Origin: Geosiphon pyriformis uo1
Lineage: Eukaryota; Fungi; Glomeromycota
Assembly: GCA_016748015.1 (NCBI GenBank)
Contig: JAAOMT010000222.1
Coordinates: forward strand, 862,007 to 926,006
Length of the DNA stretch: 64,000 nucleotides
Reading direction: 5' to 3'
Shown here: piece by piece, positions 27,290-41,160 of the stretch
Position numbering within the stretch: the stretch's first letter is position 1
Layout: each line of letters begins with the position of its first letter
Position numbers and translations under genes: made by a program
Notes under the pieces: generated by a model
Seen by the model: the letters and a program-made list of their open reading frames with translations, nothing else
What the model was told of the DNA's origin: nothing
Databases searched by the model: none

Positions 27290-30200
27290 GAAATACTAAA
27301 TATTTATACAAATTTTAATACTATTGTCTATACTTAAAAAAAAAAAAAAAAACTTTATATAATCCAAAATTAATAGCAAATAACTTTATAATATTTAATA
27401 AGTAAATTATCTTATTTAACAAAAAATTAGACAGATTATAAGAAATATTAAACAATACTTTTTTATTATTTACTAAGTCATTTTTTTTATGTTTATTTTG
27501 AACTTAGACTTAAATATTTATAATTTACTGTAATATTTTTCAACTAAACAATGAATAAAATTAACTACTACTAATACTGTTTTTTTATCATTAAAAATTA
27601 ATATTGTTTTATCAATTTAATCTTTAAATACAAAGCTTTTACATAAAATTATGTAAATGCTAATATTTAAAACTCTTAAAAAAAAAATACACAATACTAA
27701 AAATAATAAAAACAAGCAAATTTTAACCAAAAACTTTTATAGTTTAATATGACCAAACAAAATTTTAAATTGCATAAAAATATTTTTTAAACAAATAAAA
27801 ACATAATTAAGCAGTTTAACATTATTATATATCAAGCACAAAATACTTAAATAATTTTTATTATAGAGTCTTTTTCTAATTATAATTAGTAATTTTTTAT
27901 GAACAGCTTTTATTAAATATATACAAAAAACAATTAAAAATTTGTTAATAAATTTAAAATATATATGAAAATCTAAATGTTAAATCAAGACAATATATAT
28001 TCAGTTTATTATTTTAAATAAATAAGCCATCTATAATCTTAAAATTTACTTCCTATTAGACATAATAAACTATTTAATAAATATTATAAACAAAATAATA
28101 AATATTATTTAATATAACCAAACAATTAGCCATAATAAATTTCTTATAAATATTAACAAAAAAAGCTAAATAAAACTGTATTACAAATTATATAAAAGCA
28201 TCTACTTAATTATTACTAGTATTGCTTAAGTGGTTTTTGATTTTTATCTACTTTATAAAAATGTTTTTTAACTTAATTAAATTAGTTATATGATATTATT
28301 TTATTCAATACTTGTTTTAAAAGTTAAATAAATTAAATTTATACTCCAAAACACATGCACTAATTGTAGTTTAATAGTTTATATACCAAATTATTAAACA
28401 AAAAAAAGAAATATATTTTAATATTAAAACAATTATCTATAATTCTGTTATTATTAAAGACAGTAATCTATGTATTTTAACATTTATATTTATTTTAACT
28501 TTAAAAAAGTAAGCTGTAATTCTATTAGCTATTTTTATAGTATTCAAGTTTTTCAATAAACTATTAATATAAATGCTTATTATTTTTGTTTACAATTTAT
28601 GTAAATGCTTCTAAATATTCAAAAAATTTTTCAAGCTAAAAAAGTTTAAACAATTAAAGCCAAGAACAATTCTATCCAATTTAATAAAAAAATTATTCAT
28701 GTAAACTGAAGTTTTCTTAAATTATAATAACATTAAACTTCTAAAACACAATTTTTTTTAATAATAAAAAGTTTTTATTATATAATTAGTTTATATTTAT
28801 CTAATAATCTGTCTTTAAATATAATACTAAAGTGTTTTAAAAAACAAACTATATTAAAGTAATAGAAATTATCTAATATTTTAAATATTAAAAAGCAGTT
28901 AATACTATAAAATATACTAAACAAGTTATTGACCAAAAAAATCTTATTATTTAAAAATTTTTTTATAATACTTACTAAAAAATTGTTTATAAGACTAATT
29001 CTTAACTTGACTGAATATTACAATAAATTCAAAAGTACTCAACTTAAAATCTGCAAATTCAAAAACTAGTGTTTAAACAATTAGCTAAAAATTTTTGTTG
29101 TATTAGAGAATTTAATTACTAAAGCTACTTTGGTTTTTATTTATACTTGTTTAAAAAAATCAATTCATACAAAAATAGATAGTGTAAAGTTTTATTAGAA
29201 AAGTTTCTAAATAAATTGGTTTTAGATTTGAGTTTTATACTTATTATAATATCTTATTTTTAAGACATGTTTTTAAATATAAAACTAAACTGCATTTAAT
29301 ATTTAATTATAAACTATAAAACTGTTAAAACTAAATAAAAAAATTGTTTGTTTAACAATATTTTTTTGAGAACTATATTCAAAAAAAATTTAAAATTCAA
29401 ATAAGTTTTAGTAATATTTGATTTAAACATACTTTTTGTTAACAGATAAATATTTAAGTATCTGTAAAACTTATCATATTTGGCAATAAAAATTGACTAA
29501 TTACTAATGTACAAAGAAACATTTATTATTTTTTCATTAATAGGAATAGTAACTATCTTATTATTGTTAATAAAAATATTATTAATCCTAAATAGCTTAT
29601 TAGCTATGTTCAAAATATATTGTATTAAAGCTTAACTATTTTCTATTCAAATTATATTATCAATAAAAACACTAGTCACAAAAAAAAAATTTTCTTACTA
29701 ATCTTTATCTTGTCTATTTTTGCCACAATGTTTATATTAATCCTATATTTACATAAATGTTTATGTTTTTTGACTTTAATTAATAAAAAATTATAAAAAA
29801 TTTTTTAGAAAAATAGTAAAAATACTTTACTTTGATCAAGTTTATTCAGTATTTTATATTTATTTAAAAAATCAAAATTAGTTATTATTCTATTAATTTT
29901 GTTCAAATATATATTTCCAAAAAATTTAATAAACTTATTATAAATTCTAATATATTTTAAATTAGTTTTTAGATAATGTTATTTAATCAAATCATATATT
30001 TTAGACATATTTTGCAAAACCAACCAAAGTTTTAATCTTTTTTTAGAGTATTTTCTATTATTAAACCAATGGCAAACACAAAAAATTAAGTCAAAGTATT
30101 TTTCAAAACTAAGAAATTATTATTTTAAAAAATATTAAACTTATTACAAATAATAAAATACAATTTAACAGAATTTTAGATAAAAGCTTTTTAACTATTT

Positions 30201-31458
30201 TAATTAATACTATAAACTATATATTTATTAGAACTTTATCTTAATTGTAAGATTTAAAAATCAAAAATATTGTTAAGAGCTAAATAAGAATTTAAAAGAT
30301 TTAAGAAACATTTTATTACTATATTATTATAATACTTTTAAAGTTTGTTTAATATGTTAAATAAGTTAGCAGCTTTATTATTAAGCAGATTATTAATAAC
30401 TAAAAACAATTTATTCATACTAATTTTATTTATTACATTAAAAAAACATTTTTTTTTATATAACTTAATAATATATATTAATAAAACTATAAATTAAACA
30501 ATGCTAAAAACATAATTCATTTTTTTGTTTAATTTATTATGATTTTATTAATTCAAAGCTTTACTTTATTTGATTCTAGAATTAACTTTTCTTCAATTAT
30601 CAAATAATCTATAATTATTTTATAAAAAGACTATTCTAAAATACTTTTTATTATGTTTTTTTTATTAGAACTAAAATTTTTTATGTATTAGTTAATTACT
30701 TTCTTGATAAATACATCTATAGCTACTTTAAATTCATATTACTTAGATTTTCTATACTTTTTTTTAATTGTTAACAAATATTTAATAATATTTATTAATA
30801 TTGTACTATTTAAAACTATATTATTAACTTCAAAAACAACTTTATTATTAATAATTAACTATTTTTTAATAAGACTATTGAACTTAAATCTGTTATCTAA
30901 ACTCATTTTTTTATAATTTTGGTGATTAGCAACTTTAATTTAAAAAACTTTGAAGACTGTTTGTTTTTTGAACACTCAAATTTTTTAAATTAATGTTTAA
31001 AAAAACCTTATTTACAAATTATATTATTATTTTTTTTCATACTTTTTATATTTTATTCATATTACCAATTTTTTTTGTATTTATAAAACTATCTATTGTC
31101 AATAAAAACTTAGCAAAAAAGCATTTTTTGAAATATATTTACTTAGTATATTCTGTATTTTTAATCCTAAACTTCCAATAATTCTTATTTACTTGTTTAT
31201 AAATACTGTTTAAATAAATATTCAAAAGACTACCTAGTTTAATTGAAATTATAACTGTCTTATAATTAGTATTAAAATACAAAGATAACTCTATAATTAA
31301 CAATTACAGATAACAAGTTTTTGTTTACAAAAATATAATCAATAATTTTTTCTATACTAAAATTGTTTTAAATAGAAGTTTTGACCAAAGAATATCTATT
31401 GAATAAATTAACCAAATCTAAATTCAAGCAAAACTTGAAATTTGTACTTTTTTTAAAT
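27290..31458 (-). mobile_element. Decayed LINE, 3' part (end of APE, RT, RNase H, Cys-rich tail)
   Basis: EKIIDYIFVN (APE, about 31350-31324); TSVFIDNII* (decayed FVDD, about 29675-29645); *IKIKNHLSNTSNN*VDA (RNase H WxKVKGHSG..GN..AD, about 28250-28197). Confidence 0.7.
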
Positions 31459-31462
31459 CTAT

Positions 31463-32138
31463 TGTTATGGTTAAAACTTATACTTTTTATTAATTATTAC
31501 ATATATTAGCCACTAATGTCATATAAATTAGCCACTCTATTTTTAGATAATGATCATTGATCTAATTAATGACCTGATTATTGACCTGATTATTGACTTG
31601 ATCATTGACCACTTTTAACAGCTATATAAGCAATGAATCTCTTAACTATAGAAAAGCATGTTCAAAATAATTAAGAATAAATAAAATAACAACTTTTATT
31701 TTAATTATTCTCTTATTGCTAATTTCTCTTCCCCTACCTTCAAGTATCCGAACATCTTGGAATAAAAAATTACTTGTTGGTTAATTCTTACTCTTTTTCT
31801 GAAATATATAAGTATAATATTTGAAGATTATTGAATAAAACATAACTAAAGAGCACATCTAATACTTGATATTGAATTCTAAAAGTGCCAATGTAAGGCA
31901 TAGAATTATACCAAGTGTGATCATTTGTTGACAGTATGGACTATCTCTCTACCTTCAGATTCCCCAGTTACCTTTTGAAAAGAATAGCAACTGAAATATT
32001 TTATGAAACTAATCTTGCATATTGAATCCATACTTATTTAATTCGCTCTTTGAAGTTGAATTCTCTTTGATTATTTTCATCACACTACAATTCTGTTCTC
32101 TCTTGCTATCCATTAGCTTGTTACTCCAATCCATAACA
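31463..32138 (+). repeat. 5' LTR (676 bp)
   Basis: TG...CA ends; aligns to 38334-39105. Confidence 0.95.
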
Positions 32139-32144
32139 TAAAAA

Positions 32145-32161
32145 TGATGTTCCTTGTGAGA
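32145..32161 (+). promoter_or_regulatory. Possible decayed primer-binding site (TGATGTTCCTTGTGAGA)
   Basis: Lies 6 nt after the LTR. Reverting transitions gives TGGTGCTCC..GTGAGG, resembling the complement of a tRNA 3' end. tRNA identity not verified. Confidence 0.3.
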
Positions 32162-32190
32162 TTGTCAAAATCCACTTTGTTTTCTATTGT

Positions 32191-33700
32191 ATGGGTAATT
32201 ATTCATATCTGGCACAACAATCAGAAAAACACCTTGAAACATATAACAAAAACAATCTAGACTTTATTGAACTCAATTCTTTGCCCTTCTGCTTGATTTG
32301 CTTCCCCATTGAAGATCAATCCAGTAGACAATTCCAAGATTTTTGGAACTGGTTTCTGAACGAGCATTCAGCTGAAACCTACACAGCCTATACAACTTAT
32401 TATTTTAATTAAGCTTATTTTGAAGACAACTTTGAAGAAAAAAACAACAGCATCAATTAACTTTTATACTCCACAATTTTTGAACAACAGCCTCTTAATT
32501 TCGAATATCTGAATCATCAAATCCATATTTGGATTGCTGCCCATCAAGCAACTGAAACTCTCTTTAAAACAGAAAAAGAAAGCTACCAAACTGCTTCTGT
32601 TTTTGACCTTTTATCAAGCAAATCAGAACATTCCACACAAACAGTTACACCTGAACCAATGGCTTAAGACTCTCTACAACAAAACATTCTGATTGCCCTT
32701 CAAGATATACAAACTGCTTTAGGACAAAGAAACAACACCCTATTACCATTATTCAGAGGTAATGCCCAAGATCTAATTGAATGGCTAGATGATTTTAAAA
32801 GAGCTGCTACAGCCAACCAATATGATAATGAATACAAGTTCCAAATCATTGGTGGCTACCTCCAAGACTCTTCTGCTATCTGGTTCTTACAAGAAACTGA
32901 TGCTGGTGCTTACCAAAGAATCATTAAATGGGCACCAACAAATGCTGGAGAAGAAAACACTTCTTTCATAACCTGGTTTGAAACAAAATTTAGAACTTCT
33001 ATCTTAATATTCAAATGGTGTATGGAGTTAGAAAGAAGAACCTAAGGTCTAGAAAAAATAGTAATTGAATATGCTAAAGTCATTAGAAAACTAATTAAGC
33101 ATGTAGACTCTAGTAGAAATTGGACAGAAGAGCAAAAAATTCATTCTTTCACAAAAGAATTGAAAACTGATCTTTCATATGCTCTTTGGTCTCTTCTGGC
33201 CTTGAAAAATAATCTCACAATAGATATGGCCATTGAATTTGCTCAGAAAATAGAAGACAATCAAAGGATGCATCTAGAATCTATGCTTCCAGTTTTTGCT
33301 TCTGCTTCTGTTATGGCTCCTGCTACCTTTTTTGCTGTCCAAACTCAAGACCCAAATGAACAGTTAATAGATAGACTTACAGCTAATCTTGCCTGGTTAT
33401 TAGAATCATTAGCCCAAGCAGTCAGAGACAACCAGCAAATCCAAAGATCCAGATTTGAATTCCACTTCAATTAGCCTCAGCAACTACCATATCAAAGACA
33501 ACAAAATCATGGCTTACCTGTGTGCTATTGTTGTAGACTAACTGGACACTTTTCCAGAGACTGTAATAATTCTTTATTGCTTCCTCCAGCTCTCAGAAAT
33601 AATAACACCCAGAATCACAGACCCAACAATAATAATGTTCTCAATTAAAGACCCAATTATGCCAACATCAATTTCTTTGAAGAGGATCCCTTAGTTAAAG
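32191..33700 (+). pseudogene. gag: Gypsy gag with capsid domain and CCHC knuckle
   Basis: LPLFRGNAQDLIEWLDDFKRAATANQY...; CYCCRLTGHFSRDC at 33523-33564; scattered in-frame stops. Confidence 0.9.
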
Positions 33701-33759
33701 CCACTGTTTATTAGCCTTTAAACTGGTAGGTGCACCTTCAAAGAGTAAAAGTGCAAGCC

Positions 33760-36700
33760 AACCAGAAGAAAACCCTTTTTACACTTTTAACCTAACTAAT
33801 AATAATCATGATATGGATGAACTAGCAATCAACATTTCTGAATCAACCAGAAAGAAGAAGAAAACCAAGGTTGATTTCATCATAGGCCCAAACAAAGCAT
33901 CCAAATTATCTGTTGATAACAATGAGCCACTAAAAGCCAAAGTTTTCAAAAATTCTTCAAAGTTGAATCTCCAAAAATAATACAAAAATCTGGTCTTTAT
34001 TCTGTTGTTAAAGATCTCATGAAAACCCCAGCATACATTATATTTGGCCAACTAATAACCCACCCACAGTTCAGAAAAGATCTTTACAAATCCTTAATAC
34101 CAAAGAAGAAAACACCAAAAACCAACAAGCACCCTCGTCAAGCTGGACTTGCTGACAACAGCAATGTTATTCTTCTGATTTGTAAAGCCCAAGTGGCTGG
34201 CTACTTTATTAATTTGATTCTAGACAGTAGATCATCTGTCAGTGTAATTGCCAAACACTTTCTGAAAGCCATTGGAAGAAAAATTGATAAATCTTCCACT
34301 TAACTAATGACCAATATACATGGTGATAAGAAAAAAGATCTGGGCATAGCCAAAGCTGTTCCTGTCCGAATTAATAATATCAGCATTGAAACTGACATGG
34401 AAATATCTGAAGCCAAAGAATACACCATAATAGTTGGCAATAAATGGCTTAAGAAAGCAAAAACCTTGCTTGATTATAAACTCTGTGAACTAACCATCAG
34501 ATATAATGAGAAATCTATTATGATTAAGTGCTATTATTGGACAACTCCTTCAGTACCCAAACAAAACCAAAAAGAAGAACAATCAGATAAGTCAGATGAT
34601 GATGAAAGTGATAAAAAAGAAGATCAAAAAGAACAAAAAAAAACTGCTGAACTCATCTATACTATTTTTACCAGCAATGGCAAGCCACTGGATAATGTTA
34701 AAGCTAACAAAGAAAGAATCATGGTAAATAACAAGCTGATCTGCTGGCCCTACTATGATATTCTTAGAAAAATCTTTGACAAAAAACCTGGCAAGAAAGC
34801 AAAATATAGTTATTGGTGGCATGGTCTTTGTGCATGATACTGGTGTAATAAACCTTTGTATTTACCAAGTAATGAATACAAATTCTGCCTGATCTATTAC
34901 AAAGATTGGAAACCAATTAGCTTGATACCTTAAGAAGAACTTAAAGAAGTACAAAAGTCCTTTGAGAATGAACCACCTAAAATCCAATTACTAGTTGTAA
35001 AACAAAGAGAATCTTCTTCTAAAGAAAGAAAAGTGGATATTGAAAATCTGTTGGCTAGAAATAGTCCAGTTATCTCAAAAGAAAATGACACTTCTGGACG
35101 AATCCATATGATACAATACACCATTATTACCAAAGAAACTCACTCCATCTATTTGAAGTCTTATCAATCCAATCAATACAATAATGAGTTCTATCAAGAA
35201 AGAGATAAACTGGATGAAAGATCTTGGATTCATACAAAAAACCAAGAATAAATGGGCTTTCCCAGTTGTAGTAATATCCAAGAAAGGTAGAACCCTATGC
35301 TTCTGTGTTGACTACCACCAACTAAATGCCATTACTATAAAAGACATGTATCCACTCCCCAAAATTGATGCAATACTAGATAAATTCAATAGTGCTGCTT
35401 TCTTCTCAACTATTGACTTAACCACTAGATTCTGGCAAATAGAGATGGATCCAGAAAGCAGAAAGAAAACTGTCTTTATTACCAAGTATGGCATCTATAA
35501 ATTCACAGTCATGCCTTTTGGTCTCACTAATGTTCCTCTTACCTTTCAATGTCTAATGGATAAAGTGTTTGAATCAGTAAAAGAAAAATTTGTTCTGGTT
35601 TACTTGAATAACATAATAGTATATTCAAAAACCTGGAATAAATATCTTGAATATTTACAGAAGGTTTTTGACTTGCTCAGAAATGCTGGCCTTAAGATCA
35701 ACCCAATTAAATCTTTCTTTGGATACCAATCTACCCAATTCTTTGGTCATTTTGTTACAAAAGATGGAATTTTTTCTGACCCAGCTAAAGTTGAAAAAGT
35801 TCAAAACATTAAACAACCAATGAATATTCCTGAACTATACTTTTTCCTTGGTTTGGTCTCTTACTATTGTAAATTTATCAAGGATTTCTCCAAAATTGCC
35901 TTTTCTTTCAATTAGCTACTCAGGAAAAATGTCAATTATTATTGAGGCACTTATCAACAAAAAGCTTTTGAAATTCTGAAAAAAAAACTTGTTACTGAAC
36001 CAATTCTCAAGCAACCTGATCTAAACCAACCTTTTATCTTCTATACTGATACATCTGGCTATGGACTTGGTGCTGTTTTTTTATAGAAAGATGAAAATAG
36101 CAGAGAACATACCATAACATATGCCAGTAGATCCCTTACACCAGCTGAAAAGAACTATTTAGTTACTGAACAAGAATGCTTAGCAGTAGTTTGGGCTACT
36201 AGCTATTGGAATTAATATTTTCTTGGTGCAAAATTCTTAGTGATAACAGATCATCAAGCCTTGGTTTGGCTGCATAATAAAAAGAAGCTGGAACACAAAT
36301 GAATAACTTGCTGGATATTCCACTTGGATGAATTCAACTATGATATTCAACACCACAAAGGAGCAAATCATCAAAATGCCAACACTTTCTCTAGACTTAT
36401 TATCCAGTGACAGTACAACTTCTTAAACCAAACCAACTTAATTATTAGTAACTCCTTTATAAATAAACATGATAATAGACTTGGACAACTACTTTGCCTT
36501 AATGAAATTTTTGGGTAAAGAACAATACCCACCAGAATATACTTGACAGCAAAAAAAACATTTGTGCAAACAATCAAATTTCTATTTGATCCACCAGAAC
36601 CAATTATACAAAAGAAACAGAAAAGATCCTGACCACTTCCAAAAAGTCATTAGATTTAAAGAAAGAAAAATTGTAATATACAACATGTATACTGACCCAT

Positions 36701-37430
36701 TAGCTGGACACTTTGGAAAAACAAAGACAATTCAGAAAACTTTAGCTCACTATTATTAGCCTATCTTGAGAAAAGACATTGCTGAATACATCAAAATCTG
36801 TAACATCTGCCAAAGAAAAGGCAAACCTAATTGCAAAGAAGATATCTATTCAATCTTTGTTGGTCAATCATTTGACAGAATTGGTATAGATGTTGTTGGA
36901 TCTTTAACAATAACTCCTGATAACAACAAATATATTATCACAGCTACTGACTATCTTACAAAGTAGGTAGAAGCAAAAGCCACCCCAGACCAAACAGCAG
37001 TCTCAATAGCCAATTTTATTTATGAAGATATCATCTGCCATCATGGTTGCTCCAAAGAACTTTTATCTGATAAAAGAAGAGCTTTTCTCAGTACACTGGT
37101 TGAAAAACTTTGCAGAAAAATGGGAATACATCATAAACTTTTCTCCTTTTATTACCCTCAAACAAATAGTCTAGTAGAATGTTTCAATAGAACACTATGT
37201 AAAATTCTAGCCAAAACCAGTAAAAAAACAAACTTATGGGACAAAGTACTGCCTTCAGCTTTGTTTGCTTATAGAACTGTAAACCATAACATAATAAGTT
37301 ATGAATCTTTTTATCTGTTCTATGGATGCATGACAACACTACCAATAGAAACTAATATTGAAACAATACTTTTTGAAGAGATTACAATAGGAAATTACAA
37401 AAACATTTTGCAAAGAAGACTTGGTACTAA
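33760..37430 (+). pseudogene. pol: Gypsy pol (protease, RT, RNase H, integrase)
   Basis: LILDSRSSVSVI (decayed DSG); FCVDYHQLN, VMPFGLTN, LVYLNNII (YLDD>YLNN at 35601); [13 protein letters not shown]; DPLAGHFG, CNICQ, FDRIGIDVVG, PQTNSLVECFNRTL. Confidence 0.95.
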
Positions 37431-38364
37431 AATACCGCTCAGACAGAAACAATGTCTATGGTGATAAATTTTTTAGCCAGTGGAAAGGACTTTTTATAAT
37501 CAACAAAGTTTTGAACAATGGTTCTTATATTCTTCAAGATCAATCTGGAACAATCTTTAATGATTGTTTTGTTCATGATACATGACTCAAGAAATATCAT
37601 AAACAATCTGATTGGCTGCCTGTTGTGGTAATACTGACTTAAATAATCAGCAAAAATCAAGTATAAATAAATGCACTATTCTCAAAAAAGAGGTATCTTC
37701 AATCGACATAAACAATTATTTTCTGAATCAAAACATTTAAAACGCCTTCTATACTCTTCATGAATATTGAATCAAAAACTATCCAAATGCTACTCTGACT
37801 ATTAGAAAACAAACCACCATAACTGATAACAATGGAACACATACTGTTATTAGACCAAAGAAAACTACTACCAGAAAAGAAAGAATTAATATCAAAATAG
37901 ATAAATATCTGTTAGAAAGTATAATAACAGCTATACTTCTACCTTTCAACACAATTGGAAAAACACTTCAAGAAATCTTACCCATAAACAAAAACTTGTT
38001 ATATGGAAGACAATTAGAACTCTATGATCACCTTGATAAAATTATGGAGGATATGAAACTCATGAAGAAAACAACTTTAGAGATACAGGCAGAAATTTTG
38101 GATATTATATGGTTAGATGTCTCAAGAGTTTTAACTATTGCTAAAAGAGCCAAAACTCTAATATAAAGATTTGGTTTCTTGGATACAAAATTCATTTTGC
38201 CTCAAGTATTATATATCTTATTCACAAAAAACTTCAACAAACTAGTTAGCTTTGAGTTAAATAAAACTCTTCAAATAGATTATTTCATGAATAGCTTGAT
38301 TTCACCAGAGCTCAATCTCTTTGGAAAGGATGATATTATGGTTGAAACTTATATTTTTTATTAA
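37430..38364 (+). pseudogene. Additional decayed reading frame of unknown function between integrase and the 3' LTR
   Basis: Same frame as integrase; stop-free from 37771 to 38163; continues into the LTR (ELNLFGKDDIMVETYIFY*). Confidence 0.6.
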
Positions 38365-39105
38365 TTATCACATGTATTAGTCATTAATGTCATATAAATT
38401 AGCCATTCTATTTTTAAATAGTGATCATTGACCTAATCAATAACCTGACCATTGACTTAATCAATGACCTGACCATTGACCTGATCATTGACTTGATCAT
38501 TGACCTGATCAATAACCTAATTATTGACCTAACCATTAACCTAATCATTGATTTAATCATTGACTTGATCATTAACCACTTTTGACAGCTATATAGGTAA
38601 TGAATCTCTTAGCTGTAGAAAAACATGTTCAAAATAATCAAGAATAAATAAAATAACAACTTTCATCTCAATCATTTTTTTATTGCTAATTTCTCTTTCC
38701 CTACCTTCAAATATCTGAACATCTTGGAATAAAAGATTACTTGTTGGTTAATTCTTACTCTTTTCCTGAAACATATAAGTGTAGCATTTGAAGATTATTG
38801 AATAAAATGTGACTAAAAAACACATCTGATACTTGATATTGAATTCTAAGAACACTAACATAAGACATAGAATTATATCAAGTGTGATTATTTGTTGACA
38901 GTACAGACTATTCCTTTATCTTCAGATTCTCCAATTATTTTTTGAAAAAAATAGCAACTAAGATATTTTATGAGACTGATCTCGCACATTGAATCTATAC
39001 TTATTCAATTTGCTTTTTGAAGTTGAATTCTCTTTGATTATTTCTATTACCCTACAATTCTGTTTTCTTTTGCTATCTGTTAGCTTATTACTCCAATCCA
39101 TAACA
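38334..39105 (+). repeat. 3' LTR (772 bp) preceded by a purine tract
   Basis: Starts TATTATGG (TG>TA) after GGAAAGGATGA. 96 bp longer than the 5' LTR because of extra 12-bp repeat units. Confidence 0.95.
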
Positions 39106-39109
39106 CTAT

Positions 39110-41160
39110 TTTTATTAAAATTCCTATTCAAACCACAAAAAAACTAAAATTAACTATTTTAACAATAAAAAAGTTAATTTTTAATGCTTGACCAAATTTA
39201 GTTTCAGTCAAAGCACTAGTATATAAATTCAACATTATAACTAAAAATTTATTTTTAAACAAAAAACAAACTAAAATAAGTTAACTTAAAATCTCTTTTA
39301 TTTTTAAAACATATTAAGCCAAAAATTTATTTATAATAATAATTATACTAATACCAAAAAATTTTTTATTGAAATCACAAGTAAAAATTTGAATTCCATT
39401 AAACTTATTTATAATCTATAGTTTAATATTAAATCTTAATTTTGTTTTTATAATAAAAAAAATCATACAGTTTAAATTTATATACCAATAAACAACATTT
39501 TTCTGTTTAATAAAAACACTGATATCTTAAATATTACATATAATAATCTTCCAAACAAAATTTGTTATTGGTAAAAAGAAATGTCTAAATCTAAACCAAT
39601 ATTCTTTATTTTGATTAATAAATCTATTACTATTTTTAATAAATTGTTTATAGTTGCTTTCAATTTGATAATGTTTATTAACAATAAAAAAATTTTAATA
39701 TTTACAGTCTTACTGCTAGTATTTGTACTTAAATTCTTATTTATTATTATATTTGCTTTTTGATTTTGTAATAAAAAGATTATTAATAGTTAATATTTAG
39801 AATATAACTAAAAAATTATTAGTTTAAGTACATTTAATCTTTCTGTCAACTTATTAATTTGTTTTATAAAACCAGTAAAACTGAATTTTAAAATTACAAA
39901 CTTATTATTAAAATCTAATATAATTAGTAAAAAAAACTTTATTTTTAAGAAAAAACTAATATTTAAGAAAACATTTTATATAAAAAAAAAAGAAAAAAAA
40001 TTTTAGTCCAAAAAACATTATCAAAAAACACCAATATAGTTTTTATAAAAGCATCTAATAAATTAACAGAATTAAAACAAAATACAACATATTAGTTTAA
40101 GTATACATAATTAGATAACAATTAATTATACATGTTTTTTTATTTACTAATTCAATAAAGTCTTAAATATTATGAATATTTGTTTTTATCAGTAATATAA
40201 AATAGTGTTTTATTATAATTTTTTGTATTTCAAGTTTTTTTGTTTGTATTAATTTTAGTAATACACATAGTATTTTTTTTTATCAAGATAAATTACTTAA
40301 CTTTAACTAAATTAATATAGTTTAATTATATAAATTTTATTACAGCTTTTTGTTACAGCTCTACTAATTATATTTTGATCAACTTAATTTTATTAAATTT
40401 AAATAGTACAACATATATAATCTTAATTGATATTTTAATCAGTATTTTTTTACTTATTATAGCTTAATCTAAACATCTAACCAATTTTTTAAGATTGATA
40501 TTTACTAAAATTTTTACACTTCTTGTTTTTTCTGATATTAGTATTATGTTTAATTTAAAAATAAACATTATTTTAATAATTTCAGCAAATTTTAAAAAAG
40601 TAAACATCTTCTTAAAATTATTGATGCCTAAAAATAATTTTCTGATAATTTTAAGTTTTTTTTAAGCTGACTTTTTTTAACTATTTCTAAATTCAAATTC
40701 AAAACAAATAATTTATGACCAAAATCTAAACCAAATCTTTAAAAAAAAAGACAATATAATCTTATTATCTATATTATCAATATTATTTTTAATAAAAAAT
40801 TAATCTTCTTCAAAGATTTATTTATTTTTAACTTGGTAATCAATCTCTTGTTTTTTGGAGTTATATTAACATTAATTTTATCAGCATTATTTTTACTGCC
40901 ATAATTAATATTAGTATTTTTGACTAAATAATTTTTTTTTATGCTAATACTTTCTAATTTAGTTGTATTTTCTGTTTTTTATTTTTTACTATTATCATTT
41001 ATGAATTTTTTTCATTAAACAACAAAACTAAAACTACTAATATTATCATTCAGAATATTATTTTTATGTTTTTTTTCTTAAAAACAAGCTCTTTTTATTT
41101 AAATTAATATTAATATTCATAATAGTTTTTTTATAATTACAATATTACTATTATTAACAA
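39110..41160 (-). mobile_element. Decayed LINE, 5' part (ORF1 and start of APE), continuous with 27290-31458
   Basis: LNLYTSALTETKFGQALKIN and a decayed GDFN motif next to the Gypsy TSD; ORF1-like KFAEIIK...ILVNINLKK...L*QKAVIKF at 40.3-40.6 kb. Confidence 0.65.

Larger units (their letters stand above)
31463..39105 (+). mobile_element. Full-length degenerate Ty3/Gypsy LTR retrotransposon
   Basis: Ends TGTTATGG...CCATAACA; 4-bp TSD CTAT at 31459-31462 and 39106-39109; domain order gag-PR-RT-RH-IN. Confidence 0.97.

Noticed and set aside
30704-31181. Plus-strand hydrophobic ORFs (also 39581-39763)
   Set aside because: Antisense shadows of the AT-eroded LINE on the minus strand.
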